Source: a virus
Lineage: Duplodnaviria > Heunggongvirae > Uroviricota > Caudoviricetes
Length of the DNA stretch: 34,628 nt
Direction: 5' to 3' (one strand)
Virus record (IMG/VR): IMGVR_UViG_2558860472_000005
Span: 1-34,628 of that record
Positions 25,703 through 34,628 of this stretch are shown piece by piece (position 1 is the first letter of the stretch; the number at the start of each line of letters is the position of its first letter). The notes beneath the pieces are model-generated. The model was not told where the DNA came from and searched no databases. It worked only from the letters and a program-made list of their open reading frames with translations. A program made the position numbers and the translations under genes.

Positions 25703-27538
25703 ATGGCTGAATTTGAGCTTAAGGCGTTGATCACCGGTGTCGACAGGCTTTCTCCCGCGCTGTCGAAAATGCAAAAGAAAATCCGGGGATTTAAACGCCA
25801 GGCGGAAGAAGCGTCACAGGGTGGGCTGGCGCTTGGTGGCGGACTGGCAGCGGGGCTGACGCTTTCCCTGAAATCTTATGCCGATCAGGAAAACGCCGCT
25901 ACCGGGCTGAAAGTCGCCATGATGGATGCGAACGGCGAGGTTGGAAAGAGCTTTCAGGACATCAATAAACTGGCTATTGGCCTGGGTAACCAGCTACCCG
26001 GTACAACGGCTGATTTCCAGAACATGATGCAGATGCTGGTGCGTCAGGGGATCCCGGCAGAAAACATTCTGGGTGGTGTGGGTAAAGCGACAGCTTATCT
26101 TGCGGTACAACTGAAAAAAACACCGGAAGCGGCTGCCGAGTTTGCCGCAAAGATGCAGGATGCTACCGGAACGGCCTCAGAAGACATGATGGGGCTGTTC
26201 GACACAATTCAGAAGGCGTTTTATCTGGGCGTTGACGACACCAACATGCTGTCATTCTTCACTAAAACCAGCTCTGTTCTGAAGATGGTGAATAAGGACG
26301 GTCTTCAGGCTGCACAGAGTCTTGCCCCCATCAGTGTCATGATGGATCAGATGGGGATGAACGGGGAGTCGGCAGGTAATGCCCTGCGAAAAGTTATCCA
26401 GTCCGGATTAAGCGTTAAGAAAATCAGGGACGTCAATAAAATCATGGCCCGCCAGAAACTCGGGGTACAGCTCGATTTTACTGATGGCAAAGGGAGTTTT
26501 GGTGGTCTTGATAACATGTTTAAGCAACTGGCAAAGTTGCGAAAACTGACCGACGTTAAGCGAACAGGCGTACTTAAGGCAATATTTGGTGATGATGCCG
26601 AAACCCTTCAGGTGGTCAATGCACTAATCGATAAAGGAAAGGATGGCTACGATCAGATCCAGCAGAAGATGAATAAACAGGCCAGCCTGAATAAACGTGT
26701 TCAGGCACAGCTTGGTACGCTGTCCAACCTGTGGGAGGCAATGACGGGGACCGCAACTAACGGCCTTGCGGCTATTGGCGGCGCATTTTCTGGTGACGCC
26801 AAAAATATCACGCAATGGCTGGGGGAGTTGGGGGAAAATTTCACGAAGTTTGCGGATGAAAATCCCCGGGTTATTCGCGGCGTCGTCGGGCTTGCTGCCG
26901 GTCTTGCGGTTCTGAAACTGGGATTGATGGGCGTGGGCAGTGCCATCAGTATTGTCAGCAGGATTATGTCGATGACGCCGATTGGCGTGATTGCGACGGC
27001 GATAGCCCTGGCTGCGGGATTAATTATCACTAACTGGGATGTTGTCGGACCTTATTTCAAGAAGCTCTGGGAAACCATTAGTCCTTATTTTGAGGCTGGC
27101 TGGGAACTTCTGAAGAAGGTTTTTGCCTGGTCGCCGCTGGGGATGGTGATCAATAACTGGGGACCGGTTGTTAAGTGGTTTCAGGATATGTGGGATAAGC
27201 TGAAGCCGATTATTGAATGGTTTACCGACAGTTCCGGTGACACGGTCGATGCCATTAACTCGGCGCAGTGGGGCGCGGGTGCTTATGATGCTTATGGGAC
27301 GGGAATACCGGCGCGGGGATACACACCTTATCCGGCGGTAGATCTGGCTCAGGCAAACAACGCCTCCGATGCCACAGGCCCGAATCCCTTCATGATTAAC
27401 AAAGCTTCTGCGCCAAAAGTTGACGGTGAGATCAAGGTCTCTTTTGTGAATTCGCCTCCGGGTATGCGGGTTATGGAAACGCGATCCAGCGGTTTTGATA
27501 TGAATCACGATGTTGGCTATACGCATATTGGCAGATGA
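25703..27538 (+). CDS. Tail tape measure protein
   Basis: 611 aa; Ala/Gly-rich with hydrophobic central segments and C-terminal Trp-rich region; follows chaperones. Confidence 0.85.
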   Translation: MAEFELKALITGVDRLSPALSKMQKKIRGFKRQAEEASQGGLALGGGLAAGLTLSLKSYADQENAATGLKVAMMDANGEVGKSFQDINKLAIGLGNQLPGTTADFQNMMQMLVRQGIPAENILGGVGKATAYLAVQLKKTPEAAAEFAAKMQDATGTASEDMMGLFDTIQKAFYLGVDDTNMLSFFTKTSSVLKMVNKDGLQAAQSLAPISVMMDQMGMNGESAGNALRKVIQSGLSVKKIRDVNKIMARQKLGVQLDFTDGKGSFGGLDNMFKQLAKLRKLTDVKRTGVLKAIFGDDAETLQVVNALIDKGKDGYDQIQQKMNKQASLNKRVQAQLGTLSNLWEAMTGTATNGLAAIGGAFSGDAKNITQWLGELGENFTKFADENPRVIRGVVGLAAGLAVLKLGLMGVGSAISIVSRIMSMTPIGVIATAIALAAGLIITNWDVVGPYFKKLWETISPYFEAGWELLKKVFAWSPLGMVINNWGPVVKWFQDMWDKLKPIIEWFTDSSGDTVDAINSAQWGAGAYDAYGTGIPARGYTPYPAVDLAQANNASDATGPNPFMINKASAPKVDGEIKVSFVNSPPGMRVMETRSSGFDMNHDVGYTHIGR

Positions 27539-27590
27539 CGGAACCAGATATAATTTGTCTTTAAGTTTGTTATCAACTGAAGGGAAATCT

Positions 27591-27968
27591 ATGGGTCTGT
27601 TACATGCCATTATAGGTAATGCCGGTGAAATTAATGCATCAGATGCACAACAGGAATTAGGGGCTGTTTTAGGTGAGGGAGAAAATGTCGAACTTGCCTA
27701 TAAACTCATTCGTGACCAAATTATTCTGACTAACAGAAGGTTAATTTTTATTGATAAGCAGGGTGTCACAGGGAAAAAAGTAGAGTATCGTTCGATTCCT
27801 TATAAATCTGTGACAAACTTTTCTATTGAAACCGCCGGGCATCTTGATCTTGATGCTGAAATGAAGATCTGGATTTCTGGTATTGCAGAACCGATAAAAA
27901 AACAGTTCAGTAAAGGAGCAAACATTTATAAATTGCAGGCTCATCTGGCTCAAAAAATAGCAGGGTAA
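27591..27968 (+). CDS. Bacterial PH-domain (bPH_1/YjqA-like) protein, AT-rich cargo in tail operon
   Basis: 125 aa from ATG 27591 with SD AGGGA; LTNRRLIFIDKQGVTGKKVEYRSIPYKSVTNFSIETAG...LDLDAEMKIWISG matches bPH family (from memory); AT-rich; own terminator. Confidence 0.6.
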   Translation: MGLLHAIIGNAGEINASDAQQELGAVLGEGENVELAYKLIRDQIILTNRRLIFIDKQGVTGKKVEYRSIPYKSVTNFSIETAGHLDLDAEMKIWISGIAEPIKKQFSKGANIYKLQAHLAQKIAG

Positions 27969-27994
27969 ACCTTACATTAATTTATGTCTTTCAT

Positions 27995-28016
27995 GCCCAC
28001 TTCGGTGGGCTTTTTT
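27995..28016 (+). terminator. Rho-independent terminator after the PH-domain gene
   Basis: Stem GCCCAC / GTGGGC with TTCG loop followed by TTTTTT; lies just upstream of the next tail gene start. Confidence 0.6.
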
Positions 28017-28031
28017 ATATCCGGAGTTTAT

Positions 28032-29360
28032 ATGACGTGGAAAGACAGGCTTCAGGACGCGTCATTTCGCGGTGTGCCGTTTAAGGTTGAAGAAGAAAGT
28101 GCGGGAACAGGTCGCCGTGTGGAAACACACGAATATCCGAACCGCGACAAACCCTATACCGAAGATCTGGGAAAAGTCACTTTCCGCCCGTCCATCACGG
28201 CTTATGTGGTGGGCGATGACTGCTTTGACCAGCGCGATCGCCTGATTGACGCGCTGAATAAACCCGGTCCCGGCACGCTTGTCCATCCGACTTACGGTGA
28301 GCTGAAAGTCTGTGTTGACGGGGAAGTTCGGGTCAGCACATCGAAGAGTGAAGGGCGTATTGTCCGCTTTGACCTGAAGTTTGTCGAAGCGGGAGAACTC
28401 TCTTACCCCACTTCAGGTGTGGCGACGGCGCAGACGCTGATGTCATCCTGTTCTGCACTGGATGACTGCATCAGTGACAGTTTCAGTGGTTTCAGTATCG
28501 ATGGCGTGGCGGATTTTGTGCAGAACGACGTCGTCGGTAATGCCAGCACAATGCTTGGGTATGTTTCTGATGCGATGAAAGTGGTGGATTCTGTCGTATC
28601 GGATGCCGCCAGACTGTTGCAGGGGGATATCTCGGTACTTCTGCCTCCGCCATCGTCAGGCAAAAACTTCGTTGAGCAGGTGCAGAAAATGTGGCGTACC
28701 GGGAAACGCCTTTATGGTAACGCCAGCGACCTGGTCACCATGATCAAGACGCTTTCCGGTGTCAGCCTTGGCAGCGATCTGCAACCGCGCGGCGTCTGGA
28801 AAACGGTCAGTAAAACCACCGCCAAGGCTACGCAGCAGCGTAACGTGGTTGCCAGCACCCTTCGTACGACCGCAATCAGCGAAGCGGCGTATGCCATCAC
28901 CCGATTGCCTGCGCCAACAACTTCCGCGGTGATGCAGAATGCCGCAGTGGGGCAGTCAACAACACCCGCGCAGAGCACCGGCTGGCCTTCCGTCACGCAT
29001 CCGGCACTGAACAATGCACCGGCGGTGAAAAACACGGTTGACCTGCCAACGTGGGAAGAACTGACTGACATTCGCGACACACTGAATACGGCAATTGATA
29101 AGGAGTTGTCCCGTACAACCAGTGATGCGCTGTTTCTGGCACTGCGCCGGGTGAAAGCAGATCTGAATGCGGATATCAACACGCGCCTTGAACAGTCTGC
29201 ACGGATCATTCAGCGCACGCCGGATGAGGTCTTACCCGCGCTGGTGCTGGCGGCGACCTGGTTTGATAACGCGGCGCGTGACGCGGACATTATCCGGCGT
29301 AATGCCATTACGCATCCCGGCTTTGTGCCGGTGATCCCTCTGAAGGTGCCAGTGCAATGA
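28032..29360 (+). CDS. Mu N-like DNA circularisation protein
   Basis: ATG 28032 with SD GGAG (track start 27984 would include the terminator hairpin); follows tape measure as in Mu. Confidence 0.7.
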   Translation: MTWKDRLQDASFRGVPFKVEEESAGTGRRVETHEYPNRDKPYTEDLGKVTFRPSITAYVVGDDCFDQRDRLIDALNKPGPGTLVHPTYGELKVCVDGEVRVSTSKSEGRIVRFDLKFVEAGELSYPTSGVATAQTLMSSCSALDDCISDSFSGFSIDGVADFVQNDVVGNASTMLGYVSDAMKVVDSVVSDAARLLQGDISVLLPPPSSGKNFVEQVQKMWRTGKRLYGNASDLVTMIKTLSGVSLGSDLQPRGVWKTVSKTTAKATQQRNVVASTLRTTAISEAAYAITRLPAPTTSAVMQNAAVGQSTTPAQSTGWPSVTHPALNNAPAVKNTVDLPTWEELTDIRDTLNTAIDKELSRTTSDALFLALRRVKADLNADINTRLEQSARIIQRTPDEVLPALVLAATWFDNAARDADIIRRNAITHPGFVPVIPLKVPVQ

Positions 29361-30436
29361 ACGATAACGTCACGCTACGGGTAAATGGCCGGGAGTGGAA
29401 TGGCTGGACATCGGTGCGCATCGGTGCCGGTATTGAACGGCTGGCGCGGGATTTCAGCGTGGAGATCACCCGCCAGTGGCCGGGAGATGAGGGTATCACC
29501 ACGCTTCAGCCGCGCATTAAAAATGGTTCAAAAGTGGAAGTGCTGATTGGTGATGAGCTGGTGATCACCGGCTGGGTGGAGGCGACCCCCGTTCGTTACG
29601 ATGCCCGTTCGGTCAGCACAGGTATTGCCGGACGTAGTCTGACTGCTGACCTGATTGACTGTGCAGCCGAACCGACACAGTTTAACGGACGATCGCTGGT
29701 ACAGATTGCGCAGGCGCTTGCTGCGCCTTTCGGCATTGAGGTGGTGAACAGCGATGCGCCGTCGGGTGTTATTCCGGATGTCCAGCCTGATCACGGTGAA
29801 ACGGTGATCGAGGTGATCAACAAAATACTCGGTCAGCAGCAGGCGCTGGCTTATGACGACCCGCACGGCAGGCTGGTGATTGGTGGTATTGGCTCAACGC
29901 GGGCACATACCGCGCTGGTACTTGGGGAAAACATCCTTTCCTGTGATACGGAGAAGAGTATCCGGGAGCGGTTTTCAGTTTACCAGGTGGCGGGGCAGCG
30001 TGCCGGAAACGACGATGATTTCGGTGAGGCCACCACCACCGCGCTGCGGGCCCGCACAGAGGACGCATTTATTGCCCGTTACCGTCCGATGTATATCAGG
30101 CAGACAGGGCAGGCTACGGGGGCAGGCTGTATTGCCCGTGCGGACTTTGAAGCCCGACAACGGGCGGCGCGGACGGATGAAACCACCTATGTGGTGCAGG
30201 GCTGGCGACAGGGTAACGGTACGCTGTGGCAGCCTAACCAGCGGGTGATTGTCTTTGATCCGGTCTGTGGTTTCGACAATACCGAACTGCTTGTTTCGGA
30301 AGTCACGTTTACTCAGGACCAGAACGGCACCCTGACGGAAATCCGTGTCGGCCCGCCTGATGCTTATCTGCCTGAACCCGAAGCCCCCGGCGCGCGGAAA
30401 AAGAAAAAAGCCAGAGTACAGGAGGACCCGTTCTGA
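29357..30436 (+). CDS. Mu P-like tail/baseplate protein
   Basis: 359 aa; position between N-like and gp45-like genes. Confidence 0.7.
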   Translation: MNDNVTLRVNGREWNGWTSVRIGAGIERLARDFSVEITRQWPGDEGITTLQPRIKNGSKVEVLIGDELVITGWVEATPVRYDARSVSTGIAGRSLTADLIDCAAEPTQFNGRSLVQIAQALAAPFGIEVVNSDAPSGVIPDVQPDHGETVIEVINKILGQQQALAYDDPHGRLVIGGIGSTRAHTALVLGENILSCDTEKSIRERFSVYQVAGQRAGNDDDFGEATTTALRARTEDAFIARYRPMYIRQTGQATGAGCIARADFEARQRAARTDETTYVVQGWRQGNGTLWQPNQRVIVFDPVCGFDNTELLVSEVTFTQDQNGTLTEIRVGPPDAYLPEPEAPGARKKKKARVQEDPF

Positions 30437-30984
30437 TGAGGACGATTGAAGCCATGCAGCGACAACTCCTCGGCCTGATTGGGCGGGCCGTGGTGAAAAG
30501 CATCAGTGCCGCCACGAAATGTCAGACCGTGGATGTGTCCCTGATTGCCGGTGAACCCAAAGCCGGGGTTGAACATCTTGAACCCTACGGTTTTACCGCA
30601 AGGGCAAACAGCGGTGCGGAAGCGGTGGTGTTGTTTCCGGATGGCGACCGTTCTCATGCGGTGGTTGTTACGGTGTCGGACCGTCGCTACCGCCTGAAAG
30701 GGCTGCAGACTGGGGAGGTGGCTGTCTATGACGATCAGGGGCAGTCCGTGACGCTGACCCGGGAGGGGATCGTGGTGGACGGTGCAGGTAAAACGATCAC
30801 GTTTCGCAATGCGCCTAAGGCACGTTTTGAAATGGGCCTGGAAGTGACAGGACAGGTGAAAGACCTGTGCGACTCCGGCGGCACCACCATGTCAGCGATG
30901 CGGCTTGCCTATAACGGGCATCGTCACAGAGAGAACGGTCAGGGCAGTAACACCGACAAACCTGATAAAGCGATGGAGGCATGA
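30436..30984 (+). CDS. Baseplate assembly protein V (Mu gp45-like spike)
   Basis: 182 aa; family resemblance from memory; position. Confidence 0.75.
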   Translation: MRTIEAMQRQLLGLIGRAVVKSISAATKCQTVDVSLIAGEPKAGVEHLEPYGFTARANSGAEAVVLFPDGDRSHAVVVTVSDRRYRLKGLQTGEVAVYDDQGQSVTLTREGIVVDGAGKTITFRNAPKARFEMGLEVTGQVKDLCDSGGTTMSAMRLAYNGHRHRENGQGSNTDKPDKAMEA

Positions 30985-31409
30985 TGGAACTGTGGCTGAC
31001 GGTGAACGGTAAACGCACCTGCGCCAGCGCACCGCTGGATCCGCTGACCCGCGCCGTGGTGATTTCCCTGTTTACCTGGCGGCGGGCGGAGCCTGATGAC
31101 AACGCCGACGTCCCGATGGGATGGTGGGGGGATACCTGGCCTGCGGTACAGAATGACCGTTACGGCTCCCGACTGTGGCTGCTTCAGCGCAGCAAACTGA
31201 CCAATCAGCTGGTGCAGACGGTAAGGGGGTATATCCGCGAATGCCTGCAATGGATGATTGATGACGGCGTGGTGTCCCGTATTGATCTGGATATCCGCCG
31301 CACCGGGATTAATGAACTGGGTAACAGTATCACTCTCTGGCGTCGTGACGGACCGGTAATGATTTCTTTTGATGATCTGTGGAGTGCGATAACGCATGGC
31401 GGACAGTGA
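30981..31409 (+). CDS. Baseplate protein (Mu gp46-like)
   Basis: 142 aa; position between V-like and J-like genes. Confidence 0.65.
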   Translation: MMELWLTVNGKRTCASAPLDPLTRAVVISLFTWRRAEPDDNADVPMGWWGDTWPAVQNDRYGSRLWLLQRSKLTNQLVQTVRGYIRECLQWMIDDGVVSRIDLDIRRTGINELGNSITLWRRDGPVMISFDDLWSAITHGGQ

Positions 31410-32454
31410 ATTTCAGCGCCCGACGCTGGCAGAAAATATCAGTATGCTCCGTAACGATTTATTCGCCAGGCTGGACGTCAGCGACACGCTCCGGCGCATG
31501 GATGAAGACGTGCGGGCAAAGGTGTATGCGGCGGCGCTGCATACGGTTTACGGGTACATCGATTATCTGGCAATGAACATGCTGCCTGACCTGTGCGATG
31601 AGTCCTGGCTGGCGCGACATGCTGCGATGAAACGGTGTCCGCGCAAGGGGGCCACGACTGCCAGCGGGTATATGCGCTGGGAAGGCGTCAGCGATGGCCT
31701 GAAGGTGACCGCCGGGAGTGTTATTCAGCGCGATGACCTGGTTCAGTACACGGCAACTGCCGATGCAACCAGCGCCGGTGGTGTCTTGCGCGTGCCGATC
31801 GCCTGCTCAAGTGCAGGCGCGGTCGGTAACGCTGACGACGGTACGTCATTAATCCTGGTCACGCCGGTTAATGGTCTGCCGTCTTCCGGCGTGGCAGACA
31901 CTCTGACAGGTGGATTTGATACTGAAGATCTGGAAACGTGGCGCGCCCGCGTCATTGAGCGGTATTACTGGACGCCTCAGGGCGGGGCTGACGGGGACTA
32001 TGTTGTCTGGGCTAAAGAAGTGCCCGGCATTACCCGCGCATGGGCATACCGTCACTGGATGGGAACGGGGACTGTCGGTGTGATGATTGCCAGCAGTGAC
32101 CTGATTAATCCCATTCCGGAAGAATCAACGGAAACGGCGGCAAGACAACATATCGGGCCACTGGCCCCGGTGGCAGGCTCTGATTTGTATGTGTTCAGGC
32201 CGGTGGCGCATACGGTGGATTTTCATATCCGTGTGACGCCAGATACACCGGAAATACGGGCTGCCATCACCGCGGAGTTGCGTTCGTTCCTGTTGCGTGA
32301 TGGTTATCCGCAGGGAGAACTGAAGGTGTCGCGTATCAGTGAAGCGATTTCCGGTGCGAACGGGGAATACAGCCATCAATTGCTTGCACCGGCGGAAAAT
32401 ATCTCCATTGCAAAAAATGAACTGGCGGTTCTGGGGACGATTTCATGGACGTGA
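31396..32454 (+). CDS. Baseplate J-like protein (Mu gp47-like)
   Basis: 352 aa; size and position. Confidence 0.75.
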   Translation: MADSEFQRPTLAENISMLRNDLFARLDVSDTLRRMDEDVRAKVYAAALHTVYGYIDYLAMNMLPDLCDESWLARHAAMKRCPRKGATTASGYMRWEGVSDGLKVTAGSVIQRDDLVQYTATADATSAGGVLRVPIACSSAGAVGNADDGTSLILVTPVNGLPSSGVADTLTGGFDTEDLETWRARVIERYYWTPQGGADGDYVVWAKEVPGITRAWAYRHWMGTGTVGVMIASSDLINPIPEESTETAARQHIGPLAPVAGSDLYVFRPVAHTVDFHIRVTPDTPEIRAAITAELRSFLLRDGYPQGELKVSRISEAISGANGEYSHQLLAPAENISIAKNELAVLGTISWT

Positions 32455-33029
32455 CAAACGATGATTACATCCGTCTGTTGTCGGCACTGCTGCCGCCCGG
32501 TCCGGCGTGGTCAGCCAGCGATCCGGCGATTGCCGGTGCGGCACAGTCATTAACCCGCGTTCATCAGCGTGCGGATGCCCTGATGCGGGAGCTGGATCCG
32601 CGCACCACCACCGAACTGATAAATCGCTGGGAGCGTCTGTGCGGCCTGCCGGATGAATGTATTCCCGCAGGAACACAGACCCTTCGCCAGCGTCAGCAAC
32701 GACTGGATGCGAAGGTTAACCTGGCGGGCGGCATCAATGAGGATTTTTACCTTGCACAGCTTGCTGCCCTGGGCAGACCAGACGCCACCATCACGCGATA
32801 CGACAAAAGCACGTTCACCTGCTCATCGGCCTGTACTGACGCGGTGAATGCGCCGGAATGGCGGTATTACTGGCAGGTCAACATGCCAGCCGCCACCAAC
32901 AGCACCTGGATGACATGTGGCGATCCCTGTGATTCCGCGCTGCGTATCTGGGGCGACACCGTCGTCGAATGTGTGCTTAACAAACTCTGCCCTTCGCATA
33001 CCTACGTAATTTTTAAATATCCGGAGTAA
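32445..33029 (+). CDS. Tail protein (Mu gp48-like)
   Basis: 194 aa; position before tail fibre. Confidence 0.65.
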   Translation: MDVTNDDYIRLLSALLPPGPAWSASDPAIAGAAQSLTRVHQRADALMRELDPRTTTELINRWERLCGLPDECIPAGTQTLRQRQQRLDAKVNLAGGINEDFYLAQLAALGRPDATITRYDKSTFTCSSACTDAVNAPEWRYYWQVNMPAATNSTWMTCGDPCDSALRIWGDTVVECVLNKLCPSHTYVIFKYPE

Positions 33030-33032
33030 TCC

Positions 33033-33803
33033 ATGCATCGTATAGACACGAAAACCGCGCAGAAGGATAAGTTCGGCGCGGGTAAGAACGGTTTTACCCG
33101 TGGTAACCCCCAGACTGGCACGCCTGCCACCGATCTGGATGATGACTACTTTGACATGTTGCAGGAGGAGCTTTGCAGCGTGGTGGAGGCATCCGGTGCC
33201 AGCCTGGAGAAGGGGCGGCACGATCAGTTGCTTACCGCACTTCGCGCGCTGCTGTTAAGCCGCAAGAATCCGTTTGGCGATATCAAATCGGATGGCACGG
33301 TGAAAACGGCTCTCGAAAACCTTGGTTTGGGAGAAGGTTCGGCATTACCCGTTGGTGTGCCTGTTCCGTGGCCTTCCGCCACTCCGCCAACAGGCTGGCT
33401 GAAATGCAACGGTGCGGCATTTTCTGCTGAAGAATACCCGGAACTGGCAAAGGTTTACCCGACAAATAAATTGCCTGATTTACGCGGTGAGTTTATTCGT
33501 GGCTGGGATGACGGACGTGGTATTGATGCTGGACGAGCTTTATTGAGCATTCAGACAGGGATGCTGGAAAAGCACCGCCATATTGTTGTAGCCAATGATG
33601 GTTATGACACACAAGATGAATGGGAACTGGCTACGATTTTCAAAAAAACATACACACAAGGACGGGGGCTTGATGCCACAAATACAGGAGGGAGTCTGAT
33701 CCCATCACCGACACTTCATTCACGAGGGAGTATCGGTAATACTGGCGGGAGTGAAACCCGTCCACGAAATATTGCATTTAACTATATCGTGAGGGCTGCA
33801 TAA
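33033..33803 (+). CDS. Tail fibre protein (constant N-terminus plus variable C-terminus)
   Basis: 256 aa; N-terminus typical of enterobacterial prophage tail fibres; invertase crossover site lies inside the gene. Confidence 0.75.
   Translation: MHRIDTKTAQKDKFGAGKNGFTRGNPQTGTPATDLDDDYFDMLQEELCSVVEASGASLEKGRHDQLLTALRALLLSRKNPFGDIKSDGTVKTALENLGLGEGSALPVGVPVPWPSATPPTGWLKCNGAAFSAEEYPELAKVYPTNKLPDLRGEFIRGWDDGRGIDAGRALLSIQTGMLEKHRHIVVANDGYDTQDEWELATIFKKTYTQGRGLDATNTGGSLIPSPTLHSRGSIGNTGGSETRPRNIAFNYIVRAA
33311..33336. other. Serine-invertase crossover site (hix/gix/pix-like) inside tail fibre gene
   Basis: TCTCGAAAACCTTGGTTTGGGAGAAG, a 26-bp imperfect palindrome matching the Hin/Gin site family (compare hixL TTCTTGAAAACCAAGGTTTTTGATAA, from memory). 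Confidence 0.55.
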
Positions 33804-34405
33804 TGGATAACGCTGTATTAAATAGCGAGCTTATTGCCACGAAGGCGGGGAATATTACCGTCTATAACTATGATTGTGAAACTCGGGAATATATTTCCAC
33901 ATCAACTGAATATCTTGCTGTGGGTGTCGGTATTCCGGCATGTTCCTGTCTGGAGGCACCTGGCATATACAAGGCTGGTTATGCAATTTGTCGCTCTGTG
34001 GATTTAAATTCATGGGAATATATGCCAGACCATCGCGGTGAAATCGTCTATAACACCGAAACGGGAGACGCCAAAGAAATCACAGCTCCGGGTGATTACC
34101 CCGAAAATACAACCACTATCGCCCCGTTAACGCCATACGATAAATGGGATGGTGAGAAATGGGTGACCGATACTGAGGCACAGCATTGCGCCGCAGTAGA
34201 CGCGGCAGAAGCACAGCGTCAGTCACTGATTGATACTGCAATGGCTTCCATCAGTCTGATTCAACTGAAATTGCAGGCCGGGCGGAAGCTGACGCAGGCA
34301 GAAACCACCCGACTTAACGCTGTGCTGGATTACATTGACGCGGTGACGGCAACAGATACCAGCACCGCGCCGGATGTCATCTGGCCTGAACTGCCGGATG
34401 CGTAG
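33803..34405 (+). CDS. Tail fibre assembly protein (Tfa)
   Basis: 200 aa directly after tail fibre gene; typical Tfa N-terminus and conserved C-terminal motif (...LDYIDAV...TSTAPDVIWPELP). Confidence 0.8.
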   Translation: MDNAVLNSELIATKAGNITVYNYDCETREYISTSTEYLAVGVGIPACSCLEAPGIYKAGYAICRSVDLNSWEYMPDHRGEIVYNTETGDAKEITAPGDYPENTTTIAPLTPYDKWDGEKWVTDTEAQHCAAVDAAEAQRQSLIDTAMASISLIQLKLQAGRKLTQAETTRLNAVLDYIDAVTATDTSTAPDVIWPELPDA

Positions 34406-34628
34406 GCCATTCAATATCTGGCGCACCGGAAGTATCGACCAGTTCCAGTGCGTCCAGGTAATCCAGCCACAAATTATATTGCGCCAGTTCGTCACCTTTC
34501 AGACGACCAATAGCCGCTTTACCAGGCCATTGTTTACTGTTCATATAATCGTTGGCCTGATTAATCAATTGCTGCTTCTCCAATTCGGCTGCAGCAATTT
34601 GTTCCTCATGTGTTGGTGGTGGAATTTC
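34377..34628 (-). CDS. Alternative tail fibre assembly protein, inverted copy (C-terminal part; truncated by window edge)
   Basis: Minus-strand frame open to the window end; C-terminus ...LWLDYLDALELVDTSGAPDIEWPTHP parallels the plus-strand Tfa; the two 3' ends overlap by 29 bp. Confidence 0.65.
   Translation of the reverse strand, partial: EIPPPTHEEQIAAAELEKQQLINQANDYMNSKQWPGKAAIGRLKGDELAQYNLWLDYLDALELVDTSGAPDIEWPTHPAVQAR

Larger units (their letters stand above)
920..34628. mobile_element. Prophage (partial): lambdoid regulatory and lysis regions, HK97-type head, Mu-type contractile tail; right end beyond window
   Basis: Contiguous phage gene order: int-xis, cI/cro, O-like, RusA, Q, S-R-Rz/Rz1, HNH, terminases, portal, protease, capsid, sheath, tube, tape measure, baseplate, tail fibre, inverted Tfa. 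attL/attR not identified. Confidence 0.9.

Noticed and set aside
1-34628. CRISPR array or rRNA/tRNA genes
   Set aside because: No regularly spaced repeat-spacer pattern and no rRNA-like or tRNA-like sequence noticed. The only tandem repeats are the 15-bp iterons inside the O-like gene, which are contiguous rather than spaced.

Overview
The window is almost entirely one integrated temperate phage, running from a tyrosine integrase at the left (920-2104, minus strand) past the right edge. It is a mosaic: a lambdoid early region (int/xis, cI repressor with S24 peptidase domain, Cro-like protein, O-like replication initiator with internal iterons, RusA, Q-like antiterminator), a lambda-type lysis cassette (S holin, R endolysin, Rz with embedded Rz1), an HK97-type packaging and head module (HNH, small and large terminase, portal, prohead protease, major capsid), and a Mu-type contractile tail (sheath, tube, frameshifted chaperone, tape measure, N/P/gp45-48-like baseplate proteins, tail fibre and assembly protein) that ends in a Gin/Hin-type invertible host-range segment cut by the window edge. 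No rRNA, tRNA or CRISPR array was seen, and the attachment site was not located. Against a core of roughly balanced GC content sit several visibly AT-rich inserted cargo cassettes, most encoding membrane-anchored proteins of unknown function. The most notable are a translationally coupled pair between Q and the holin whose second gene carries a compact peptidoglycan glycosyltransferase (GT51) motif set, and a plus-strand operon beside cI with three paralogous proline-rich micro-ORFs around a two-TM protein, preceded by about 420 bp of structured GC-rich non-coding DNA. All calls come from reading the sequence and recalled family motifs; no database search or computation was run.
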